A program made the translations under genes and the position numbers. Under the pieces are notes generated by a model. That model saw only the letters and a list, made by a program, of their open reading frames with translations, ran no database searches and was not told where the DNA came from. From NCBI GenBank assembly GCA_025786725.1, contig JAHLTZ010000018.1:248001-312000 (forward strand): a stretch of 64,000 nucleotides of DNA, read 5' to 3'. Source of the DNA: Syncephalis fuscata S228. Taxonomy: Eukaryota; Fungi; Zoopagomycota. Below are positions 24,516 through 35,452 of this stretch, piece by piece. How positions within the stretch are numbered: the stretch's first letter is position 1; every line of letters begins with the position of its first letter.

Positions 24516-26087
24516 TTAAAGTAAATCAGGCGCAAAGCTTTTAATAAGCGTTGTTTCCTTATTCAGCAATAACATGTGCCCGTATGCAAATATACAATGT
24601 CGTACTATTGGTAATGGAAACGGATAGATGAGTATCTCACCTGTTACAACATCAATAATACAGTATTGTTGAATGTTATAATTGCAACAGACAATCTTTT
24701 TGTCAATGAGGTGTTGAAGGTGATAGAATGGAGCGAATAAAATGTTTACATGAATTTTATGTTTAATCTTTCCATCCAACAGTGAAATAATAACTATTGG
24801 TGAATGTGCATCAGAGTAGAATACGATTACGTTATGCTCTGGAATTAAAATAAACCTGTCAGAATCTTTTGCTCGAAAATCACATTCAAAAATGACACCT
24901 TCACTTAACGATATTACTTTTATGTAGCGCCGCCAACTTCTTCTACTACGAATCAAAGCATTCTTGCATGTAGCAGCATTGCAGTAGAATAATATACGAT
25001 CGTAATCAATTGAATAAAGTCGTGGACACAGATTGACTGTTTCACTGAACGAATTCCAATCACCCGAAAGAATCGTAGCCATTTGTATTACGCCGTCATT
25101 GTCCAGCAACAAGTTGCCACCAGAAGTCAATAAAACACGAATTATTCTATACGATACTGTGTCTGAATCATCAAAATAATGCAAGAAAATCATTTCGTTA
25201 TTGCTCACCGTGTGTATTCCAAACCTGTGCCGATTGCTATTGTTTGGTTTTTTAAGAATTTGTGGTTCACGCAATCGTATCGTTGAAAAACTGCTATACA
25301 GTAGTTGACCACTTCTAATAAAATAGTATTTACAAAGCAACAAAGATGCGCCTATAATTCTACCGTCCCAATCGTCATGGATATTGATGGAGCGCAGCAT
25401 TTCACGGCTATTTGCATTCCATAGTTGAAGCACCTCTAAAGATTCTTTACAGCACTTTAAATGTAGAATTAAGCGCATATTTTCAGCAACGTCGCCTGCT
25501 TGTTCTCGATATCGATAAAATTTTATGTTTTTTATCGTAGTAAAAATAGTTTTGTCTAAATCTATTGAATAGACCTCAGCTGTATTCTTCAACGAAAGTT
25601 TAATCAAATCAACTTGCAGAGCCCGAATATATGCCATTGCAATCCAGCCAGGATACTTTGCGATAATTGCTGCACAAGGGTCTCGCAGTCCAAATATTTT
25701 AAATGGGACAAAAGGGTCTAGATTAACCGTTGATGTTGGCCTATTCTTTTGCCAATTTGAACCGATTCTAATACGCTGATTATATCGTTGAAACCAAGTT
25801 ATTCTTGGTACATCTTCGTTTTCAGACTCATTCACTGCCTCTGATGCACTTTGCTCTTGCTCTAATTGCCACTGTACCCAGTCAATATCGGTATTGATAT
25901 CACGAGGAAAGTTTTCTTGATAAAGTTTGTGCCAAAAACTATTACAGCTTACAATAGAGCTGTACAGTACTTTGCAAGTACGTGCCAAAGCAATTGTGAA
26001 GGCTGTTCCGCTCAGCAGCAATATATAATGGACTATCTTAACGGTTAGCCATACTTTCGGCAGTGTGTCGTTATTCCAAGTGGACAT
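24516..26087 (-). CDS. Intronless F-box-like protein, paralogue 3
   Basis: LPKVWLTVKIVHYIL...FTIALARTCKVLY..I....FWHKLYQENF; shared C-terminus GHMLLLNKETTLI.SF. Confidence 0.8.
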   Translation of the reverse strand: MSTWNNDTLPKVWLTVKIVHYILLLSGTAFTIALARTCKVLYSSIVSCNSFWHKLYQENFPRDINTDIDWVQWQLEQEQSASEAVNESENEDVPRITWFQRYNQRIRIGSNWQKNRPTSTVNLDPFVPFKIFGLRDPCAAIIAKYPGWIAMAYIRALQVDLIKLSLKNTAEVYSIDLDKTIFTTIKNIKFYRYREQAGDVAENMRLILHLKCCKESLEVLQLWNANSREMLRSINIHDDWDGRIIGASLLLCKYYFIRSGQLLYSSFSTIRLREPQILKKPNNSNRHRFGIHTVSNNEMIFLHYFDDSDTVSYRIIRVLLTSGGNLLLDNDGVIQMATILSGDWNSFSETVNLCPRLYSIDYDRILFYCNAATCKNALIRSRRSWRRYIKVISLSEGVIFECDFRAKDSDRFILIPEHNVIVFYSDAHSPIVIISLLDGKIKHKIHVNILFAPFYHLQHLIDKKIVCCNYNIQQYCIIDVVTGEILIYPFPLPIVRHCIFAYGHMLLLNKETTLIKSFAPDLL

Positions 26088-27216
26088 GATGAAAATGTGA
26101 CTGGGAAATGAAGTAGCCGTTTGTAACAAAAGGGCTTTTGGATTAAATATAATGACGTAATGAGCTGCAACTAGAATGCATCTGGATTAAATGTTTCAGC
26201 ATTAGCAGTTGCTTCTTTTTTAAACAATGTACTTTAATATACACAATTTAATACAATTTGATCTATTGTTTATTTATAGCTTATAAGCCTTCGTTTTTTA
26301 TATTATTTTTGGAATTCGGCATAATTTATTATACAATGAGCATTAGTGTAGACTGCTGTTCATTTTTTATTTATTATCATTTTCATTATCTTATCACTGA
26401 CGTGAATCAAACACGTCGATAGAAATATAGTTTGTCGGTCTGGGATTGTATAAAGTTGTATTGCTTTTCTGAAACCAACACTGCAGCTGGTACCAAAGGT
26501 TGTGGCTGCTATTCTTTATCTTCTGGCTATATGTTCCACTAATCGCCATTTAAACACGCGCAGGTTCTCAAAATGCTTAAATAAATCTCATTGTATTATT
26601 GGATTTAGCATACTTTCTGTAAACGTAAGCCATATCATGCAAATACTTGTGTACACTCTTATTATTGATTACTTGATGTATAATTTTAAAGCTAAAATAT
26701 TAATACTGCTGTTTTTATTTATATTGCTATACTTTGCTTCAAAATCGTTCTTTCTAATAAAGATCTATGATATTGTATATTTATTCTACTTATGTTATTT
26801 TATTATTTATTGACCAATAGCATCCACTAGTATAGCTGGATTGACCACAATGGCTGAATGAAATTTTAAATAATAAAAATAAAAAGTTTATACTAATACT
26901 AAATTCTGGTATAACCAAATAAATAACGTTTAGCTAGTAAGAAATATATTACAACACTTATTTGTTAGAAATTAGAGTGTGGTAATGCTCTGGAAAAGGT
27001 ATAAGTGTATAGAAATTAATAAAATGATCAAATTCCATGCCTTTGTCCAACTATTCCAAAGGCGTAGAAGTGTGCATTCACTTTGGTCACACGGCATATA
27101 TCAGGTCGAAGCCTTTGTAACCAGTACGTGTGTTTGTTCAAATAAAACAGACACGAACGAACTAACAATACGGCACATTAATTATTTTGCTTTTATTCCA
27201 CTCGCTCAATACCACT

Positions 27217-27740
27217 ATGAAGATCTACTTTACTTTTGTATCCATTTTTGCCGCTGTATTAACCATAGGTATGGCTATGGTGGATGCCAGACCATATCCG
27301 GAGTCAAATGGTAAACTATAATTAAAACATAAAGTCTATCATTATTTAATTACTAACATTGCTAAAGAAAATTTTGGCGTCGATGGTGAGTTGCAGTCCA
27401 AATAATCGCGCATTATTTAAGCACATCATTAATTACGTATTGTTGATTATCGATCCACTTAATCAATCAAGCAACACCAAAGGATGGTAAGTCTGAATTG
27501 CTATCAGTTGCAAAGTATTATGTAGACATATTAACTTTTCTATTAAATAGTTTTGGGAAATCATATCACCAATGGTGAGCACAGATAAACATTAATTCAC
27601 GTAATATTAAACAGTAGCTTTGTCTTTCTATTTTATGGACACGTCAAATTAATCGAATCAATAGAAAGTGGTAATTTAAAATCTGAAAATATTAGAATAC
27701 TACTGATAACATATTTGATAATTAATTAGATACGCGTTAA
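27217..27740 (+). CDS. Small secreted peptide, micro-exon gene A (55 aa)
   Basis: Exons 27217-27310 (94 nt), 27368-27385 (18), 27472-27486 (15), 27551-27574 (24), 27665-27670 (6), 27730-27740; all introns GT-AG and phase 1. Product MKIYFTFVSIFAAVLTIGMAMVDA-RPYPESNENFGVDATPKDVLGNHITNESDTR*. Confidence 0.8.
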
Positions 27741-28227
27741 GTTTAGCCCTAAGGTTCTCACCTCGATACTCGCTATAAAGTAACAAGCAAGCAACGGTAC
27801 AGGATTTAAGCAATACTGTATAATCCAGCCTTTATCCTACTCCATGTCCACAAACAATATCTTGTTCATTCAACCACACAAACTATTGTAAATAAATCCA
27901 TTTCATCTATTATAATAGTAAAAATCAAACAGTTTAAATTATTATTACATTACATTATGCTATACGAGCATAGAATAAAGCTGTTCAATAACAATAATAT
28001 CAGATAGAGTTACGTTATATTGCTAAAACCGCTATTAAACATATCATATTATCACTTTTATTATTAAATATCAGCTGTTTTGGGTCATCATCAATAATAA
28101 TAGAAACTGATTAGCCATCTAGATTAGTCAACTAGAAAACCAATTATTCTTTTACCATTTTTCATATTTACCAACAATTATACGCGTTGTTTTTTCTTCT
28201 GTAAATCTTGTGCTTGTTTGATTTACA

Positions 28228-31200
28228 ATGAACGATAAGAATACAACTATTGCTGCTATCGAAACGCCAGCTGGCTCACAGACTACTGTGACCTCTGATT
28301 CGGTACCGAAAGAAGAATCGTATCGTCGGCTTATTATTACCAAGTTGGTTGCCGATAACTTCAAATCATACGCGGGCATTCAAGAAATTGGTCCATTCCA
28401 CAAGGTAGCGTATAATAACGCGCTTAAAACAACCAAGGCACTCACACAACATGTATCATGACTATAGTCGTTCTCTGCAGTTGTAGGCCCTAATGGCTCG
28501 GGTAAATCAAATGTGATTGATTCGTTGCTATTTGTATTTGGTTATCGAGCCAGTAAAATGCGACAAGGCAAATTGTCCGACCTTATCCATTCATCGGCGG
28601 GTAATGAGAATTTAGGATATTGCACAGTTCAAGTACATTTCTGTGAAATTATTGATAAGGTAAACTCGGCGGTAATTATAATAGTGTAATATTTAACATC
28701 ATTGTTTATTAGCCGGGAACTGATGACTATGAAATGATCCCTGGAAGTGAAATTATCGTATCGCGTACAGCATTTCGCAATAACAGCAGCAAATATCAAG
28801 TCAACGGAAGCACTAGCAGTTATAGCGAAGTGACTAGTATGCTTCGTGGACGCGGTATTGATCTTGACCATAAACGATTTCTTATTCTTCAAGTATGTAG
28901 AAATTGGATTAACTAATACTAAATAATTTATCGATATATGATGTATGTATATATATGTATATAATAGGGTGAAGTTGAATCAATTGCTCAGATGAAAGCA
29001 AAAGCACAAAATGAACATGAAGATGGTTTATTGGAGTATTTAGAGGATATTATTGGAACATCCAAGTATAAAATACCATTAGAGGAGCAGAATAAACAGC
29101 TTGAAGAAATGAGCGATATAAGAAATGAACGTTTAAATCGCGTCATGATAACGGAGAAAGAGAAAAACAGCCTTGAAGTAGGATATATACTAATTAATTA
29201 CGTATACAGCTAAACGTGAATATTAGTCGAAAAAAGATGAGGCTCATTCGTATATACAATCGGAAAATAATCTTATTATCAAGAAATCATCATTATATCA
29301 ACGAAATGCGTATGAATGTCAACAACAAGCTCAATTGTCTGAATCAGCCTTGGTAATTATCAAAATAACATAGTATGATTCATATAGTAATTTGTATTGT
29401 AATTAAAATAGCTGGAATTACAAACAGCCATTCAAGCGGAGGAAGAGGCATCTAAACAGGCCCGTGAAGAGATTGATGTGCTTGAGAAAACATATAAAAA
29501 GACTCTAAAAGAATACGAAGTAATATGGATAATAGTACGCTAAACTTAATAGCTAATTACCATAATAGATTATGGACCGAGATGCTAAAAAAGTAATAGA
29601 TGAACTGGCAAAGTTTGAACGGGAAGATGTTCAAATGCAAGAGAATCGTAAACATTTGGTGAATAAGCAGAAAAAGATTGCAAAGGCATTACAAAAGGTA
29701 GGTTACATAAAACGCGTTATTATAGTAAGTATAACATTAAATTGATTATAGGATCAATATTCGATATCCGAGGCAAAGACGTGGATTGAAAACCACAACA
29801 CTGATATACAAAAGTGCGAGGAGACCATTGTACAGCTGGAACGATCATTGGTGGCAGAAGAAGCCGAGCTTAATACAATTATTAATAATATGAAAGGTAT
29901 ATATGTGCTTAGCTATATTTTGTCTACTTATTGTTCAAATAACCATTAGGAAAAACGGAAAAGTTTGCCCAACAAATTGAGGCAAAACAACGTGAACTTG
30001 AACCATGGACAGAGCAGATTAATGGACTTCAAAGTGCCTCCAGTGTAGAGGAAGCAGAATATACGCTACTAAACGGCGAATTAGAAGCGGAACAACGTGT
30101 TATTGAAGAGGCAAAAAAGGCAGTTGTAGATTTGAAAGAGTCGGTTCAAACAAAGACTGCTGAATTAGAAAACATGATAAGTCTTCGGGATCAAGTACGC
30201 GATCGATTGGTAGTATTAGATAAAGAATTGGCCCAGGCACGAGGCCATGAGGCCAAGGCAAAATCTAAAGTGACACAGTTACGCCAACAAACAGATGAAG
30301 CACGGTCTGCACTGCGCAGCACACAATCACGTGGCGTTATTATTGATCATCTAATGCGGCTACGTGATTCGGGTCGATTGCGTGGTATTTATGTAAGTAA
30401 AATGGCTAATTGGACAAAAACGAAACAATACTGATACCTATGTATTCTATAGGGACGTCTTGGCAATCTAGGTGCCATTGACCCACAATACGATATAGCT
30501 ATATCGACGGCGTGTCCACAGCTAGAAAACTTGGTTGTAGATAATGTAGAAACGGGCCAAGGATGCATCAGTCATCTAAGACGTAACAAACTGGGCCGGG
30601 CTGTTTTTATTGTACTGGATAAGCTTCTATCCATGGACTATTCGCCTATTAGCACACCAGAGGGAGTGCCACGACTATTTGATTTGGTGCAAATTAAGGA
30701 TCCACAATTGGCACCGGCTTTCTATAGTGTATTACGTGATACACTTGTAGCAAAAGATCTAGAACAGGCCAATCGTATCGCTTTTGGCAAGAGACGCTGG
30801 CGTGTTGTAACTTTGGATGGACAGTTAATCGATATGGCGGGTACCATGTCAGGTGGTGGCGGTCGACCAAGTCGTGGACGAATGGGAGCCACTTTAACGG
30901 ATGACGGTGTGTCGCAAGACTCGGTATCAGCGCTTGAGCAGCAACAAGCCGTGGCCGAAGAAGAATGGCGTGCAATAACGGCCAATCGCAAACAGCTACA
31001 ACAGGAGCATGACCATGCGACCACTCAATTGCCAGAGCTGGAAACATTCATTAGCAAGACTGAAATGGATTTGACAGCTTATCAGAAGCGTATTCCAATT
31101 GCTGAAAAGCAAATGGCCGACTTAAGGTAGATTATGACTGATAATACATAATGAATGATACGCTTATGTAATTTATCATCATTTTAGTAAACGCAACAAG

Positions 31201-32900
31201 CCAAAAGAGGCTACAGCCATGCGGATGAAGCAGCTGCAGAAAAGTATTACAGAACGATCAGTGCAACTAGAACAGTTGAAACAGCAGGCTTCGGTTATTG
31301 AACAGGATATTAAGGCGTTGCAAGAGAAAATCATGGAAGTGGGCGGTGTAAGATTGCGCAGTCAAAAGGCCAAGGTAGAAAATATTAAAGAGCAAATGGA
31401 GAGCTGCAACGAACAAAGTGTCCGTGCTCAAGTGTCTCGCACCAAAGCCGAAAAGGATGGAAATAAAGCGGAACAAGCAGTGGCAAGCAACACGGCCGAG
31501 CTTGAAGCGATTGCTCAAGAGATTGCCGATATAGAGCAGAAGATTAACGATAAAACATCGGCTGCGTTGGAGGTACGCCAGCGTTGTGATGAAGCCAAAG
31601 CGGTAAGTAGCTATTTAATCATTTCCATTTCAATTTATTTAATTTATAAATTGTAGCTTATGGAAGATAAAGATGAGCAATTGGCCGAGATGAAGCAGCG
31701 TGTTGAAGAGCAACAAGATCAAGTTAAACAACTTCGACTAAAAGAGGTTAGAGCCTGTTTGTAACTAGAGTAAGACATGCTTAATATTTAATATTTAATA
31801 GGCTGAGCGAAAGAACAAAATCACCGATGCTCAACGAGTACAACACGATAGTCAACAACGTCTTGTACATTGGCAGCAAAAACTGGGTCAGTTGAAGCTA
31901 CATGACTATGCGTAAGTACCTGTTTAATACGGTAACATAATTTATTTACATACATATAACAGTATTGAAAATGAGGTTCTGCCCGAATTACCGCAACATA
32001 CGGAAGATGAATTGAAATACATAAAGAAAGAAGAACTTATGAAAGAGATTGAAGTAATCGAAAGTAGGTTTTATCTATTAAATTGATAAATACTGTTAAT
32101 ATGTTTATTAATAACGACAATAACGTTAGAGGAACTACAGCAAGCAAAACCAAATCTCGCCGTACTCGACCAATACCGTGAACGCCACGAAGAGTACTTG
32201 AAACGAGTACAGGAGCTCGATGAAGTTACAGGTCGTCGTGATTTAGTAAAGAAAGAATATGATGATCTTCGTAAACGTCGTCTAGATGAATTTATGAAAG
32301 GATTTACTGAAATTTCCTATAAAGTAAAAGAAATGTACCAGGTAGGTATAATTAAAGAATGATAAGCATTAATATCATTATTAATATTAATATGTAATTA
32401 TAACCATATCTATTAGATGATTACATTGGGTGGTAATGCCGAACTTGAACTCGTTGATAGTTTGGATCCATTCTCTGAAGGTATTGTTTTTAGCGTAATG
32501 CCACCACGTAAAAGCTGGAAAAATATTTCAAATTTATCTGGAGGTGAAAAGGTAGGCAGATATTAAATAGTAATTGTTAATACGTAATAACCAACGATTA
32601 ATAATCACTAATACTATTTGATAGACACTTAGTTCACTGGCATTAGTATTTGCTTTACATCATTTCAAACCAACGCCGCTATATGTTATGGATGAAATTG
32701 ATGCAGCGCTTGATTTTAAAAACGTATCCATTGTCGCCAATTACATCAAGGAACGTACAAAGAATGCCCAATTCATTATTATTAGTCTACGCAATAATAT
32801 GTTTGAATTGGCCGATCGACTTGTAGGCATCTACAAAACCGACAACAAAACCAAATCGATTACCATCAATCCAACATTGATCATGTCATCGACTACGTAG
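28228..32900 (+). CDS. SMC4: Condensin subunit SMC4 (multi-exon)
   Basis: [38 protein letters not shown] (Walker A), hinge GRLGNLGAID..YDIAIST, LSGGEKTLSSLALVFALH, MDEIDAALDFKNVSI. Confidence 0.97.
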
Positions 32901-33077
32901 ATGATGCAATCACATGATAAGCCTTTATTTATCGGCCATTCGCTTGCCGTATCGATGGTTACTCTCTTCATCAGAAGAAGATCATCTGTAACCAACCAAA
33001 TGATTCATCGATATTTTTATCCTTTTAGTCTTCTCTTTGATTTATTTCTCTACGTGTAAGCAGGCAGACTCATTTCA

Positions 33078-34992
33078 ATGAGTATATTTTCTGCACTTCG
33101 CTATTCTCATTCTCGTATTGTTAAAACTACTACCACTACCACTGCTACTGCTACTGCCTCGCTACACTTGAATAAATTGGCTTGTTTTGCTGCCGTTGCT
33201 TTGAAACGCTCGTTATTTACTACTATATTTCGTACAATGACATCGCATACCAATCAGACGACTATTGAGCCGTCGGAACGTGTGGCGCACTTTACGCAAG
33301 ACGGTTAGTTTGGTTTATTTATACTGTTTAACTATATAACGAATGGACAACAACAGTATGGTCATTGTTTACACGTTTAACAATTGAAAATAAGGCGGTT
33401 AATTTGGGTCAAGGATTCATGAAGTAAGTGGTTGTATAAATAAAGAACGCGTAAAGATACAGTGTTTAAACAACACTTTCAGTTTTCCAGCGCCTGATTT
33501 TATCAAACAAGCGGCGATTCAAGCTGTTAACGACGACCCTTGCAATCAGTATTCTATACCCAAAGGTCGTATTCGTACACGGCAAGTACGTAGCAATTAT
33601 AATGATGGATAGTTTATGTAAATGGATAAGCTAATAGATGTGTAGGCATTGGCCACCGCTTATGCACCGTTGTTAAAACGGCCAATTAACGCGGAGAATG
33701 AAGTTGTAGTGACTGCCGGTGCTAATGAAGGTAAGCTATTGTCGATAGTAATTATTGAAATTAGTATTCTAATTAAATAATTAGGCATATTTTCAATTCT
33801 AGCTGGATATTTAGATCAGGGTAATGAAATAAAGTTTAATAATATTAATAATAATAATAATAATTGTGATAATGACATTTGTATAGGATCTGAAGTAATT
33901 ATTTTTGAGCCGTATTTTGATCAATATTTGGTTTGTATTATAAAGATTGATTTATTCAATAACTCATATATTATAAATTATAGCCGAATATTACAATGAA
34001 TGCGGTGTTCCTGTTTACTGTCCAATCCGTGTTGCCGATGATGCTACTAGACGAGGCAACGCAATGCCATCTTCAGCCTGGCGAATTGATATTAACGAAT
34101 TGAAATCGAAAATCACGCCTAAAACTAAAATCATTATACTAAATACACCACATAATCCTATTGGCAAAGTATTTAGTCAAGATGAATTGCGTGAAATTGG
34201 TAAAGTGGCAGAAGAACACAATTTATTGATTATTAGCGATGAAGTTGTAGGTATAATGTCTGTCATGGTATTGAACACAGATAAACTAATCAGCATAATA
34301 CTATGGCTGTCTTTATTTACTCTATAGTATGATCGCTTAGCTTTGGCACCATCGTTCATGAACGCATTGCTGCTATGCCTGAGTTTTGGAACCGAACCAT
34401 TACGGTTGGCAGTGCGGCAAGACATTTGGCGTAACAGGATGGCGTGTTGGCTGGTTAATTGGTCCGCAAGCACTATTAAATCCAGCACTTGCGGCACATA
34501 CACGCATTGTCTTTTGTGTCAATTCGCCGCTACAAGTAAGTTTAAATGATAAAATCAATATTATTTAATAATAGCTGAAACTAGGAAGCGGTAGGTATTG
34601 GACTTGAAACGGCAGAAAAGAATGGATTCTACGAACGACAAGTGGTTGAGTATGAGCAACGTCGCAAGAAATTGGCCGATGCATTGGATCAGGCCGGTCT
34701 GCCTTATACTGATCCTGATGGCTCGTACTTTATATTGGTGAATACTAGTGGCGTGCGTATTCCCGACAACTACACGTACCCACAAGAGATTGAGGAACGG
34801 GGCGATAACTTTAAAATGTGCTTCTTTTTATGCAAGGAAATCGGCATTACGGCTATTCCAGTCTCGGAATTCTACTCGGAAGAGCATGCCGATTTGGCGC
34901 GCGACTATGTACGGCTAGCGTTTTGCAAAACTGACGATGTTCTAGATGAGGCAGCACGTCGACTACAACGTATTACTAAATATCTTGTATAA
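33078..34992 (+). CDS. BNA3: Class I PLP-dependent kynurenine aminotransferase (Bna3/KYAT-like; three apparent 1-nt frameshifts)
   Basis: AVNLGQGF, VVTAGANEG, FEPYFDQY, ILNTPHNPIGKVF, IISDEVY, TVGS(A)GKTFGVTGWRVGW, VRLAFCK. Confidence 0.88.
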
Positions 34993-35452
34993 TCTTATGG
35001 GTAACATGATATAAAACGTTTAATGACCATAAACTATTTTTACATCCCCAATATGATATTTTACAATACTACATACCAAACTGTTATTTGAGTGGAAACA
35101 TCGTTACAGTCATGTCGACCTACACTTATAGCTACTACAGCACATTCTTACAATTTGACATTATTAGTTTTCATTTAATACTTGCCACGCGATCAATTCA
35201 AATCAATCATGAGCATAGATATAACAAATTAGCCAGCTCTAACCAAGATGAACTTGCATAGTTGAACAAGTACGATTAAATTCGAATTTATTTGCAATAT
35301 GATGATATTATTGAGCAAATGTGAATAAGCTGGAACGTTGGCCGGAACTTAATACTTGAATAGGTCAAACAGCATAATTGTCGAGTAGTCTTGATTTTTG
35401 CTAAATGTATACCTAAAGTAATTGTAATAGCAGTCCAATTATACAACCAACG

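Noticed and set aside
26502-27314. ORFs 26502-26813 and 26979-27314
   Set aside because: GTG starts and AT-rich composition; the second overlaps the signal exon of gene A in a different frame.
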